A program made the position numbers and the translations under genes. Positions 43,727 to 53,347 of a DNA stretch of 64,000 nucleotides are shown here, piece after piece (the first letter of the stretch is position 1; each line of letters opens with the position of its first letter). This stretch comes from Candidatus Parcubacteria bacterium (lineage in GTDB: Bacteria > Patescibacteriota > Minisyncoccia > Phycocordibacterales > Phycocordibacteraceae): NCBI GenBank assembly GCA_034666125.1, contig JAXDML010000009.1, forward strand, positions 975 to 64,974, in the 5' to 3' direction. The notes under the pieces were generated by a model. It searched no databases. It was not told the origin of the DNA and saw nothing but the letters and a program-made list of their open reading frames with translations.

Positions 43727-44836
43727 ATGACGCTCCGGGCTGCCTTTTTACTGACGATTTTCCTGCTTTTTTCTCCTTTCGGGGCGCTTGCCCAGGAAGC
43801 CGAACCCGACCCATACATACCTGATGTCGAAATCATCGCGAAGGCACGGGTCCTTGAGGTAACCGGTACGCAGGCTGCTACTCTTCCCGGTACGAATGTG
43901 GAGGACGATTCGCAGACCCTGGTCGTGGAGATCCTCGAGGGTTCTGAGAAAGGCGTACGCGCCACCTTCGAGAACGACTTCACGCAGCTTGAGGTCGGTG
44001 ACGTGTTCTATGCACGGCACATCGTAAGCGCGGACGGGAGCGAGATGTGGTCGGTATCGGATCCCTACCGCCTTCCGGTCTTGCTCGCGCTCGCCGCGGT
44101 ATTTCTCGTACTCCTGCTTCTCTTCGGCGGTTCGCAGGGCATACGGGGGCTCGCAAGCCTCATCGGAAGCCTCTTCCTCATCTTCTATCTTCTACTACCC
44201 GGCATCTACGGGGGCCACTCCCCCATTCTCATTTCGATCGGCGTCTCGTCGCTCATCATCCTCGTCGGCTCGTACATCACGCACGGCTTCAACCGCGCGA
44301 CTTCAAGCGCCGTACTTGGCATGATCGCGACAGTCGTCGTTACGGGACTTGCCGCGTACTGGGCAGTGCACGCCGGGAACTTATCGGGCTTCACGACCGA
44401 AACGAACGCCTATCTCAATTTCAGTACCGACGGGCGCATCAATATGGTGGGGCTCCTCTTCGGCGGCATCATGATCGGTCTTCTCGGCGTCCTTTACGAC
44501 ATCGCAATAGGCCAGGCAGTTGCGATCGACGAACTATACCGGGCACAGCCGGCCTTAACGCGCGTCGAGGCGTACCGACGAGGCCTCAGGATAGGGCGTG
44601 AACACATAGGGGCACTGGTGAATACGCTCGCCATCGCCTACGTGGGCGCCTCCCTGCCCCTTCTCCTTCTTTTACAGCAATCAAACGTGAGTATCGCCTA
44701 CGTCCTCAACGGCGAAGTCTTCGCTACCGAGATCGTTCGCATCCTCATCGGCAGCATCGGACTTATCCTCGCAGTCCCCTTGACCACGTTCATCGCTTCG
44801 CGCATGCTGTACGGTATCGCCGCCCACTCCCACTAA
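43727..44836 (+). CDS. YibE/F-family integral membrane protein
   Basis: Signal peptide, an extracytoplasmic domain, then about 7 TM helices. Confidence 0.6.
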   Translation: MTLRAAFLLTIFLLFSPFGALAQEAEPDPYIPDVEIIAKARVLEVTGTQAATLPGTNVEDDSQTLVVEILEGSEKGVRATFENDFTQLEVGDVFYARHIVSADGSEMWSVSDPYRLPVLLALAAVFLVLLLLFGGSQGIRGLASLIGSLFLIFYLLLPGIYGGHSPILISIGVSSLIILVGSYITHGFNRATSSAVLGMIATVVVTGLAAYWAVHAGNLSGFTTETNAYLNFSTDGRINMVGLLFGGIMIGLLGVLYDIAIGQAVAIDELYRAQPALTRVEAYRRGLRIGREHIGALVNTLAIAYVGASLPLLLLLQQSNVSIAYVLNGEVFATEIVRILIGSIGLILAVPLTTFIASRMLYGIAAHSH

Positions 44837-44893
44837 CTAGTGCTTGAACCTCTTGTTATCCATCCGCTTCATCAAATAACTACTACCTGACCC

Positions 44894-45649
44894 ATGCTTG
44901 CGACCATCTTATACGCGCTCGGGAGCGTAGCGATCATCAGCCTCATCTCGCTCGCAGGGGTCTTCACCCTGTCCATGAACGCGGAGCGCCTGCGTACCGG
45001 GCTCTTCGTCCTCGTCTCGCTCGCCGTGGGAGCGCTCCTGGGCGACGCGTTCATCCACCTCATACCGGAAGCGTTTGAAACGACGAGCGATCCGGTCATG
45101 CTGTCGCTCGCTATCATCGGAGGGATACTCGCATTCTTCGTTATCGAGAAGGTGCTCCACTGGCATCATCACCAGGGCATCGAAGACTCGGAGCCCCAGA
45201 TACATCCGGTCGGCCGTATCATCCTCTTCTCCGACGGTTTTCATAACTTCATCGATGGCCTCATCGTGGGACTTGCGTACACCGTGAGCATCGAGGTTGG
45301 CATCGCCACGACCATCGCGGTCATCCTGCATGAGATACCGCAGGAGATCGGCGACTTCGGCGTACTGCTCCACGCGGGCTATACGAAGTCGAAGGCGCTC
45401 TGGCTCAATTTCCTTTCCGGGCTTCTGGCCATCATCGGAGCCGGTACTGCGCTCGTGCTCGGCGAGGTCGCGGAGCCTCTCACTCTCTTCCTGGTTCCCA
45501 TTACTGCTGGCGGCTTCATTTATATAGCCCTGTCGGATCTCATTCCGGAACTCCACAAGATGAAGTCGGCACGCAAGTCCTTCATCCAGCTCGTGGCAAT
45601 ATGCATCGGCGTCGGCGCGATGTTCCTTCTGCTCAGTCTTGAGGGATAG
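44894..45649 (+). CDS. zupT: ZIP-family zinc/metal transporter
   Basis: ZIP signature HEIPQEIGDFGVLL and a His-rich loop. Confidence 0.8.
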   Translation: MLATILYALGSVAIISLISLAGVFTLSMNAERLRTGLFVLVSLAVGALLGDAFIHLIPEAFETTSDPVMLSLAIIGGILAFFVIEKVLHWHHHQGIEDSEPQIHPVGRIILFSDGFHNFIDGLIVGLAYTVSIEVGIATTIAVILHEIPQEIGDFGVLLHAGYTKSKALWLNFLSGLLAIIGAGTALVLGEVAEPLTLFLVPITAGGFIYIALSDLIPELHKMKSARKSFIQLVAICIGVGAMFLLLSLEG

Positions 45650-45652
45650 CGT

Positions 45653-46312
45653 TTAGTTTCCCTGGAACGTGCCGAGCATGCGCAGGAGCGCGCTGTGCTC
45701 CGGCAGGTCGGCGACGACGAGATCCGGATTCATCCACTCGGTCACGTCGTGCTCGACGATGTCGAACCGGAGCACGTCGTTCTCGCGTACGAGGAAGTAC
45801 GAACTCTGTACCAAGGCCTCGAACCGCTCGATCACGGTACTGCGGTACGACTTCCCTCCCGCGTTCACCGTCGTGAAGCGAGTCAGGTCCTCGGCCTGCA
45901 TATCGACGGGCTGGTACCGGGTATTCGCGAGGATTACCTGCTCGGCGGTCTGTCCTGCGGGAATCGGGTACCGCTTCACGTGTATGGTATGCGGCGCGTT
46001 CTCGGAAAGGCTGGGCTTCTCGAAGATCCGGAGCGTTTCCTGGTCGGGAGCGCCCGAAAGGAGTTGGGTATAGCCGGAAGGGACGGCGAACGAGACGCCG
46101 GCTTCGGGAATCTCCACGTTCGGGAAGGCGCACGGAGCGAAGCTGCAGTCCGGGCCTGAACGCCCGACCGACGAACCGTCCGGACAGATACGCGCCTCCA
46201 TCGTGCACGCCGTTACGTCCGTCTGATCCGGCTGCTCCATGGTGTACCGATACACGAATCCTCCGAGTCCGAGAACGACGATAAGCACCAATAAGAGAGC
46301 GAGTTGTTTCAT
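45653..46312 (-). CDS. Exported hypothetical protein
   Basis: Signal/anchor MKQLALLLVLIVVLGLGGF. Confidence 0.5.
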   Translation of the reverse strand: MKQLALLLVLIVVLGLGGFVYRYTMEQPDQTDVTACTMEARICPDGSSVGRSGPDCSFAPCAFPNVEIPEAGVSFAVPSGYTQLLSGAPDQETLRIFEKPSLSENAPHTIHVKRYPIPAGQTAEQVILANTRYQPVDMQAEDLTRFTTVNAGGKSYRSTVIERFEALVQSSYFLVRENDVLRFDIVEHDVTEWMNPDLVVADLPEHSALLRMLGTFQGN

Positions 46313-46323
46313 GGAAATAAGTA

Positions 46324-46722
46324 TTAGCGGTTAACGATGAGATCCCGGATCTCCTCGAGCACTTCGAGCTCCGGGCTTTTCTGCTCGGGCGCTACGGCTC
46401 CGTCCTGCCGCTCTTCGCGCGCGAGCCGCACCAGGCGGTTGATGAACCTGACGAAGAGGAAGAGCGCCAGTGCGGTGATGAGCAAGTTCACGACCGCCTG
46501 AATGAAGAGCCCGTACGCGATCACCGCGTCGCCGCCGAGCTCGATGCCAAGCTTGCTGAAGTCGATACCTCCCATGAGGAGCCCGATCGGCGGGGTGAGC
46601 ACGTTGGTCACGAGCGAGTTCGTGACCGCCGTGAACGCGGCGCCGATGACGACGCCGACCGCCAGGTCGACCACGTTGCCGCGCAATGCGAATGTCTTGA
46701 ATTCTTCGAGGAAGGATTTCAT
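46324..46722 (-). CDS. mscL: Large-conductance mechanosensitive channel
   Basis: MscL conserved N-terminus (FKTFALRGNVVDLAVGVVIGAAF). Confidence 0.9.
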   Translation of the reverse strand: MKSFLEEFKTFALRGNVVDLAVGVVIGAAFTAVTNSLVTNVLTPPIGLLMGGIDFSKLGIELGGDAVIAYGLFIQAVVNLLITALALFLFVRFINRLVRLAREERQDGAVAPEQKSPELEVLEEIRDLIVNR

Positions 46723-46735
46723 ATCTAGTTACCGG

Positions 46736-46809
46736 GGCGACCTGTGGGGCTCGAACCCACGACCGTCGGTACCACAAACCGATGCTCTACCAGCTGAGCT
46801 AAGGCCGCC
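46736..46809 (-). tRNA. tRNA-His (anticodon GTG) with a genomically encoded G-1; CCA not encoded
   Basis: Manual folding gives an extra 5' G pairing with discriminator C73, a GCTCAGCTGGTAGAGC D-arm, the anticodon loop TTGTGGT and a GGTTCGAGCCC T-arm. Confidence 0.8.
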
Positions 46810-46841
46810 ATGCACGTGCGATTTATAACACGAAATACGCG

Positions 46842-47411
46842 CTACTTGTAGCGCGGCGTCTCGCGCGGAATGCCCGAGCTCTCGTTCGCGAAGCGTGCGA
46901 GTGCGAAAAGGAGCGATGACAAGCGGTTCAGATAGGCTTTCGTATTCGGAGATATCTTCCGCAGACCAAGCTCCGCGACGCCGATGACCCGCCGTTCCGC
47001 GCGACGCGAGATCGTGCGCGCCACATCGAGCGTTGTCGAGAGCTCCGTGCCTCCGGCGACCGTGAAGTTCGTGATGGGCGGCATGAGCTTCTCGAGCGTG
47101 TTGATGATGAGTTCCGACTGCGTTACCTTCGGCTTGGCTACTTTCTTGGGCGCACCCGCTACCTCCGCCTGCACGATGAACAACGTCTGCTGGATATCGG
47201 CAAGGATATCCGACGTTCTGCGCGTACGCGCCCCGAGCGGCACCATCGGGTCGGGTCCGCCTGCGGCCCGCACCTTCGCGAGGCCGAGATACGAGTTCAG
47301 CTCGTCGAGCGTGCCGAGCGCCTCGGGCAGCTCGGACGACTTCGAGATGCGCTGCTGGTCGCAGCCGAAGGTCTTCGTCGTCCCGCCGTCGCCTTTGCCG
47401 GTATAGAGCAT
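46842..47411 (-). CDS. PduO-type ATP:cob(I)alamin adenosyltransferase
   Basis: N-terminal YTGKGDGGTT...DELNSYLG signature. Confidence 0.8.
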   Translation of the reverse strand: MLYTGKGDGGTTKTFGCDQQRISKSSELPEALGTLDELNSYLGLAKVRAAGGPDPMVPLGARTRRTSDILADIQQTLFIVQAEVAGAPKKVAKPKVTQSELIINTLEKLMPPITNFTVAGGTELSTTLDVARTISRRAERRVIGVAELGLRKISPNTKAYLNRLSSLLFALARFANESSGIPRETPRYK

Positions 47412-47482
47412 GGGAGAAGTATAGCAACGTGCGGCCCTTTCTTTTTGGCCGTCCTTTTCGTATAGTAAGCGGGTTCATGCCT

Positions 47483-47567
47483 GCCCAGGTGTTGAAATTG
47501 GTAGACAAGCATCCTTGAGGTGGATGTGCCGCAAGGCGTGGAGGTTCAAGTCCTCTCCTGGGCACCA
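47483..47567 (+). tRNA. tRNA-Leu (anticodon GAG), long variable arm, CCA encoded
   Basis: Acceptor GCCCAGG/CCTGGGC, anticodon loop TTGAGGT, variable arm GTGCCGCAAGGCGTG, T-arm GGTTCAAGTCC. Confidence 0.85.
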
Positions 47568-47721
47568 GATAGGACAGAGCGCTTCAAAAGGACGTTAAAA
47601 GCGTCCTTTGCGCTATATTCTACAAGGCTGCGGTTCTCGAACGTGAGTTCGTAAAATACCTGCATGACAAGCGGGAGAACATATCCCTTAAGCTGTGTTT
47701 CAACGAAAGGACGCATAATCG

Positions 47722-49041
47722 TTAGGGCTTCCTATCAACGCTGAGGACGTTGTGCAGCCGTCCGGCTGCTTGCATGCCGCTCGTGAACGCGCCTTCGATA
47801 AAAGCGCCACCGATGTAGTCTCCTGCAAATACTAGAGGTTCGCTAGTCGTTTCTTCTTCCTCGATAAAACGCTCGAGCTTCCTGAAGTATCCCTTTTCTG
47901 CAGTGGGCAAAGCCTCGTCCCGATGCCAGATAAAGCTTGAGAGCGGGGTCGCACCAGGCCTGAAAATGTCTTTCTCCACGTGGCGTGACCCGTCGGTAAG
48001 CGTCTTGAAGATGGTTGCGTTGTCTTTCCCGCGCAACTCCTTGCCGACCCCGTATACCTTTACCCAGCCGACGCGTTTCCCGCGAACGCTGGTACTGCCC
48101 GCCACGGGAGACCCTTCACTACTTGGAAAGACGATACCTCTGGATCCAGGAAGGTCTTCTTTGCGGAACGTACGGCCGACGTATGTGGTAGACGAATATC
48201 GAATACTGTCTATAAACGTCTTGCGCTCCGGGGGCAGGTTCGGGAAGAGTTTTGCAGCAACCGTGGCGGTTGTGGCACACACAATACCGTCTGCATGCAA
48301 AACTCGCTCGTTGTCGTCGTGCGTTACCGTTACTTCGTAGGAACCATTCGGGCGTCTATCCACCTGCGTCGCGGTATGTTCCAAAAGAACCGTACTTCCT
48401 TCGGCCGCCTTTTCCGGAATCCGTTGCAGTCCGCCGCGCATCGTATACGTCCCTCGCGTAAGAACGGCCTTGCCCGCGACGAGCAACAGGCCTTCGCTCG
48501 TCTGCGCGACGTCTTCCGGTGGCCAGTACCAGGTGCCGGTCAGAGCCGGTTGTATGAAGTAGTCAAAAAGTTCGGCGCCTTCCGGAGTCGCTCGGTAGTC
48601 GCCGATGGAAACATCGTCGTACCGGGCAAGTTTCCATGGATGGTGTATATCAATTGATCTCCAATTCCTTAATACTTTCGCGAGAAAAAGAAATCCTTTC
48701 CATTTTGCTTTCCATGAAAGCAGTGTGGTGCCGAAAATCGTACGCAGGCCAAGAAACCGAACCTTTCCTCCCCGTACGATTCCCGCAGAGGCGTGGGGGT
48801 TGCGACAAAGATCTTTATGTAAACCACTCTCCCGCAGGAAGCGGAGCGTATTTGCGTATATATCCATGACGAATCCCGCGCCCTGCTCTAGGACAATGCC
48901 GTCAGTCAGTTTGCTCTTCATGCGTCCTCCCAAACGGTCATTTTTCTCGACGATCGTGACGTCATAGCCCCGTCTGCGGAGGAAGTGGGCAGCGGAGGTG
49001 CCGGCCATGCCTCCGCCTATGACAATAATCCTTTGGCTCAT
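47722..49041 (-). CDS. FAD-dependent oxidoreductase (amine oxidase / protoporphyrinogen-oxidase-like)
   Basis: N-terminal dinucleotide-binding motif IIVIGGGMAGTSAAHFL..VTIVEKNDRLGGR. Confidence 0.75.
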   Translation of the reverse strand: MSQRIIVIGGGMAGTSAAHFLRRRGYDVTIVEKNDRLGGRMKSKLTDGIVLEQGAGFVMDIYANTLRFLRESGLHKDLCRNPHASAGIVRGGKVRFLGLRTIFGTTLLSWKAKWKGFLFLAKVLRNWRSIDIHHPWKLARYDDVSIGDYRATPEGAELFDYFIQPALTGTWYWPPEDVAQTSEGLLLVAGKAVLTRGTYTMRGGLQRIPEKAAEGSTVLLEHTATQVDRRPNGSYEVTVTHDDNERVLHADGIVCATTATVAAKLFPNLPPERKTFIDSIRYSSTTYVGRTFRKEDLPGSRGIVFPSSEGSPVAGSTSVRGKRVGWVKVYGVGKELRGKDNATIFKTLTDGSRHVEKDIFRPGATPLSSFIWHRDEALPTAEKGYFRKLERFIEEEETTSEPLVFAGDYIGGAFIEGAFTSGMQAAGRLHNVLSVDRKP

Positions 49042-49155
49042 GCCTGTAACATTAGCAGGTCTTTAAGAACGTCAGCCCCTCCATCCGGCTCAGGCTCTCT
49101 CTGACGAGAGGGTAGATAGTGAGGAGTTCGGAAAAGAGGTAGTCTGGGGCACCCG

Positions 49156-51588
49156 TTACGCGGGCGTACGCTTGATTCCCGCATCGATGCGATGCTCGCG
49201 ATGGTTGAGGAATTTCGCCAACCCTTGCTTCGCTATTTCCGATACGATGAAATACACGAGTGCGATTCCTAGGATGATGCTGAGGTGCGTCGTCGTTGGC
49301 GGAGTGAATTCGAAGAAAGCCGCGGTAAGCGGGATAAAGGGGAGAGCGATCGCAAGCACGAAAGCGAACGCGGAGATCCCGGTGATGAGCGGAGCCGGCC
49401 ATCCGGCCCGGAAGATGGGGAGCATGGAGCGGATGGAGAAGAGCAGCAGCAGCTCGGTGATGACACTTGCGACGAACCAGTTGGTCTGCAGCACGGCAGG
49501 AGAGATCGTATAGAAAAGTCCGAAGTACAGGAAATCGAAGAGCGTGCTCACAAGACCGAGTACCGCGAAGGTGACGTAGAGCGAGCGGAAATCATATTGT
49601 TGCGGCTTCTTGATCTCCTCCTTGCTGACGCGATCGAAGGCGATCGCCATCATCGGAACGTCGGAAAGGAGGTTCAGGAGGAGGAGCTGTTTCGGGAGCA
49701 TGGGCAGGAAGGCGATGAACAGGGAGCCGACGGCCACCGCATAGAAATTGCCGAAGTTCGACACCATCGTGGCGCGGATGTACTTCAGGGTATTCACGTG
49801 GGCCTCGCGCCCCAGCCGGACGCCCTCCACGATAACGCCCAGGTCGCTCTTAAGGAGCACGATATCGGCGGTCTCGCGCGCGACATCGGAGGCTGACTGC
49901 ACCACCATCGAGACGTTCGCCGCCTTGAGTGCGGGAGCGTCGTTGATGCCTTCGCCCAGATACCCGACCGTGTACTGCTCCTTAAGGAGCTTGATGATCT
50001 CGAGTTTCTGCTCGGGCGTGGTACGCGCGAAGACGCGGATGGTACGGGCGCGCTCGCGCTGCGCGCTTGCCGGAAGCGCGAGGAAATCCTTCGCCTCGGT
50101 AACATGAGCGTGTTCGGTCACCAGGCCGATATCGCGTCCGACTGCTTCGGCCACCAGGCGCGCGTCACCCGTAATGATCGTAAGGGCGATGCCCAGCTCT
50201 TCGGCGGCCTCCACGGTAGCGCGTGCGGTAGGCTTCAGGGTATCGCTGAAGGAGACGAGCCCGCCGAATCGCATGCCGCTGCCGTCGTCGTAACTCAGTC
50301 CCAGCACCCGATGACCGTGCTCCTCTTCCTTCGTAAGCCACTCCCCGAACGTGCCGCGATCGGCAAGCCCGTGATCGACGAAGTACTCCGGGCTGCCGCG
50401 GCGTATTTCGAGCATGCTGCCGTCCGCGCGCTTCAAGGTCACGCTATTGATGCGGGTCGCCGGGTCGAAGGGCTCCTCCTTGAGGAGCTCGTAGGCGCCA
50501 AGTTCGGATCTCTGGTCCGGAGAGACCGCTTCGTCGGTCGCGCGGTCGAAGGGTTCGGGAATGCGTTCGTTGAGGCTGCACGCCGCGAGTCGGCAGAGAA
50601 GAACCGGATGGAACGGAGCGTTCGGCGCAACGTAGGCGTTCTGGTATACGAGCTTATTCTCCGTAAGCGTTCCGGTCTTGTCGCTGCACAGCAGATCGAT
50701 GGATCCGAGGTCCTGGACCGACGTGAGGCGCTTCACGATCACGTCCTTCTTCGCCAGCTGCAACGCGCTGCTCGAGAGGGAGAAGGTCATGACGAGCGGC
50801 AACGCCTCGGGAATGACCGATACGGCAAGGGCTATCGCGAAGATAAGGAGGTGGACTATGTCCCCGGGACCTTCGATGAGCACGTTGGCAACGACTACGA
50901 ATATAAGGACGATACTTGTCGAGCGCAGAATGAAGGTGCTGATGCGGTCGATATTATTGGTGAACTGGCTTTGGACCCGTATTTCCGAAGAGGTCTTCGC
51001 GATACCCGCAAGCCGGGTCCGGGCTCCCGTAGCCGTCACTTCCGCAAGCGCGCTTCCACGAACGATAGTGATGCCCTGCAAGATCGTCTGTTCATCGGTC
51101 CCCGACCCTTCAATAACAGCAGTCTTCACGACGGGCACGCTCTCCCCGGTGAAGGTCGTCTCGTCCACGAGGAAGTTGTCCGCCTCCCGCACGACGGCAT
51201 CGGCGGGAACGATATCGCCGACCTGGAGCTTGACGAGGTCTCCGGGCACGAGTTCGTCCACGGTCACGTCCTGATACGTCCCGTCTCGGCGCACGGTGAC
51301 GGTCTGCCGGAGATACGACTTGAGCTTGCTGGCTGCGGCATTCGACTTGTATTCCTGGAACAGGCTCAGGCCCACGCCGAGGACGATGAAGAGGACGATG
51401 AAGGCGGCGTCAAAAAGCTCGCCGAGGGCGAGCGTCACTATCGCGGCGACGAGGAGCACGATATTGAACGTGCTGCGCGCCTGCCGCGCCAAGAGGCGCA
51501 GAAAGGTAAATTGCGGAACCGGAAGGCTGTTGGGACCATATATTCCGTGTCGTTTGCGCGCTTCCGGAGTCGTGAGGCCCTCAAGCAT
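49156..51588 (-). CDS. Cation-transporting P-type ATPase
   Basis: DKTGTLT phosphorylation motif, TGDAR, GDGINDAPAL hinge, 10-TM architecture. Confidence 0.9.
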   Translation of the reverse strand: MLEGLTTPEARKRHGIYGPNSLPVPQFTFLRLLARQARSTFNIVLLVAAIVTLALGELFDAAFIVLFIVLGVGLSLFQEYKSNAAASKLKSYLRQTVTVRRDGTYQDVTVDELVPGDLVKLQVGDIVPADAVVREADNFLVDETTFTGESVPVVKTAVIEGSGTDEQTILQGITIVRGSALAEVTATGARTRLAGIAKTSSEIRVQSQFTNNIDRISTFILRSTSIVLIFVVVANVLIEGPGDIVHLLIFAIALAVSVIPEALPLVMTFSLSSSALQLAKKDVIVKRLTSVQDLGSIDLLCSDKTGTLTENKLVYQNAYVAPNAPFHPVLLCRLAACSLNERIPEPFDRATDEAVSPDQRSELGAYELLKEEPFDPATRINSVTLKRADGSMLEIRRGSPEYFVDHGLADRGTFGEWLTKEEEHGHRVLGLSYDDGSGMRFGGLVSFSDTLKPTARATVEAAEELGIALTIITGDARLVAEAVGRDIGLVTEHAHVTEAKDFLALPASAQRERARTIRVFARTTPEQKLEIIKLLKEQYTVGYLGEGINDAPALKAANVSMVVQSASDVARETADIVLLKSDLGVIVEGVRLGREAHVNTLKYIRATMVSNFGNFYAVAVGSLFIAFLPMLPKQLLLLNLLSDVPMMAIAFDRVSKEEIKKPQQYDFRSLYVTFAVLGLVSTLFDFLYFGLFYTISPAVLQTNWFVASVITELLLLFSIRSMLPIFRAGWPAPLITGISAFAFVLAIALPFIPLTAAFFEFTPPTTTHLSIILGIALVYFIVSEIAKQGLAKFLNHREHRIDAGIKRTPA

Positions 51589-51635
51589 ACGGTCATTATA
51601 GGGTATGGAATTCCCTGCCGATCGAGTAATCCCGA

Positions 51636-51678
51636 ACTGAAGCGAAAAGCCCCGCAGCGTAGCTGCGGGGCTTTTCGC
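51636..51678 (-). terminator. Terminator downstream of rplS (GAAAAGCCCCGCAGC gta GCTGCGGGGCTTTTC)
   Basis: 14-bp stem, then TTTTCGCTTCAGTT on the minus strand. Confidence 0.45.
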
Positions 51679-51689
51679 TTATCCGTACG

Positions 51690-52289
51690 TTACGAAACCT
51701 TCGTTTCCCCGGTCTCCGCTTCGGGAGCAGCCACCGCTTCCTCCACCTCCGGAGCTTCGGGCGCGCCCGCCTCCTCCTCTGCAGGGGCAGCCTCCGTACC
51801 GTCGGGCTTCTGCATCGGGTCGGCTTTCCGTACTTCCTCGACGGTCACTTCCGTTTCTTTCGGCTTCTCTTCTTCGGCGAAGTCGGTGGTCGAGATTTTC
51901 ACGAGGCGCATGTTGCGCAGTTGGCGGCGTACCTCGCGCGCGACCTTCTCGCGGATGAAGTAGAGCTTGGCGCGGCGGACCTTCGAGCGGCGCACGATCT
52001 CGATCTTCTCGATGAACGGCGCATAGAGCGGGAATATCTTCTCGACGCCGACGCCTGACATGGTCGCGCGGACGGTGAAGGTCGCACCGGCTTCGGTGCC
52101 GTGCTTCACGGCGAGCACGAGCCCCTCGAACACCTGGATGCGAGCGGTCTTGGTGGTGGTCTCCTTCTTGTTCGCCGCCTTGCCCTTCTTGAATTCGACG
52201 ATCTTCTGGTGGACACGGACCGTATCGCCCGGACGGATACCGAGCTTTACGCGCTCCTCGGTTTTAACGGGAGTTATTACGTCAGACAT
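51690..52289 (-). CDS. rplS: 50S ribosomal protein L19 with an about 80-aa Ala/Glu/Pro-rich C-terminal extension
   Basis: L19 core ([30 protein letters not shown]) plus a low-complexity tail. Confidence 0.85.
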   Translation of the reverse strand: MSDVITPVKTEERVKLGIRPGDTVRVHQKIVEFKKGKAANKKETTTKTARIQVFEGLVLAVKHGTEAGATFTVRATMSGVGVEKIFPLYAPFIEKIEIVRRSKVRRAKLYFIREKVAREVRRQLRNMRLVKISTTDFAEEEKPKETEVTVEEVRKADPMQKPDGTEAAPAEEEAGAPEAPEVEEAVAAPEAETGETKVS

Positions 52290-52337
52290 GATTGCGGAAC
52301 TGTATCACGCCGCCTATATAAACGCAAAAGACGTTCT

Positions 52338-53054
52338 TTAGTTGAATTTGCGGGCTGCTTGAGCGAGGTCCTCCGGTAGTGGAGACTCGATACTGAGCCG
52401 TTCGCCTGCAGGAGTCGGCAGGTCAAGCTTCGCCGCATGGAGCCCGAGCCGCGAAAAGCCGAGGTCGCAGGCGTGATTCTTCGGGGCATACAGCGGGTCG
52501 CAGACGACCGCGTGATGGATGGCCTTCAGATGGACCCGTATCTGGTGCGTGCGGCCGGTCTCGGGCGACACCTCGAGCAGGGAGTGGGTGCCGATATCCC
52601 CGAGCACCCGGTATCGCGTGATCGCCTCGCGCATACGACCTTTCGCCTTCGGCTGGGCGGAGCGCAATCGGAAATCTTTCCGTGAGCGCCCTATGGCGAA
52701 GTCGATCGTTCCCTGCGCCTCCTTGGGTACGCCGTACACGAAGGCAAGGTACGTCTTGCGGGCTTCACGCTCCTGGAAGGCATTCTTCAGGAAGGCGTGG
52801 GACTCGTTCGTTTTCGCGAGCACGAGCACGCCCGACGTGTCGCGGTCGAGCCGGTGCACGACGCCCGGCCGGGTGATCTCCGTGCCGTCCTTGAGCCGCT
52901 GCGTCTCGCCCACGTTCGCGGACTCCGGGTACCGCGCGGCGAACCAGTCGCTCACGGTTTCCTCGGTAGTGACTCCATCCGGGTGCGTCATCACGCCTGC
53001 GGGCTTGTCGACCGCGACAAGATCGTCGTCCTCGAAGAGGATGGAGAGTTCCAT
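52338..53054 (-). CDS. RluA-family pseudouridine synthase
   Basis: Catalytic Asp motif HRLDRDTSGVLVLAKT. Confidence 0.8.
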   Translation of the reverse strand: MELSILFEDDDLVAVDKPAGVMTHPDGVTTEETVSDWFAARYPESANVGETQRLKDGTEITRPGVVHRLDRDTSGVLVLAKTNESHAFLKNAFQEREARKTYLAFVYGVPKEAQGTIDFAIGRSRKDFRLRSAQPKAKGRMREAITRYRVLGDIGTHSLLEVSPETGRTHQIRVHLKAIHHAVVCDPLYAPKNHACDLGFSRLGLHAAKLDLPTPAGERLSIESPLPEDLAQAARKFN

Positions 53055-53076
53055 CGCTCAACCCTAGCACAGTCCT

Positions 53077-53346
53077 TTATATGATGCGGAAATCGTCGTA
53101 GTCCCCTTCTGAAGGGACGCACGAGTGCGTTACATCGGTGACGTTCGCGAGCTCGGGACCTTCCTTGAGATGCTCTATAAGAAGGTCGAGCTTCTCGCGT
53201 GGTCCTTCGGCAATTACATGAACGGTGCCGTCCGGAAGATTCTGCGCGGTGCCCGCAAGGTCGAGCGCTTTGGCCTGGCGCGTAACGAAGTCGCGGAACC
53301 ATACGCCCTGCACCTTTCCCGACACGACCGCCTCGAGCCGCTCCAT
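53077..53346 (-). CDS. acyP: Acylphosphatase
   Basis: VSGKVQGVWFRDFV signature; 89 aa. Confidence 0.8.
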   Translation of the reverse strand: MERLEAVVSGKVQGVWFRDFVTRQAKALDLAGTAQNLPDGTVHVIAEGPREKLDLLIEHLKEGPELANVTDVTHSCVPSEGDYDDFRII

Positions 53347-53347
53347 G

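Noticed and set aside
49052-49402. 116-aa ORF overlapping the 3' end of the P-type ATPase
   Set aside because: Overlapped by a strongly supported gene; no independent support.
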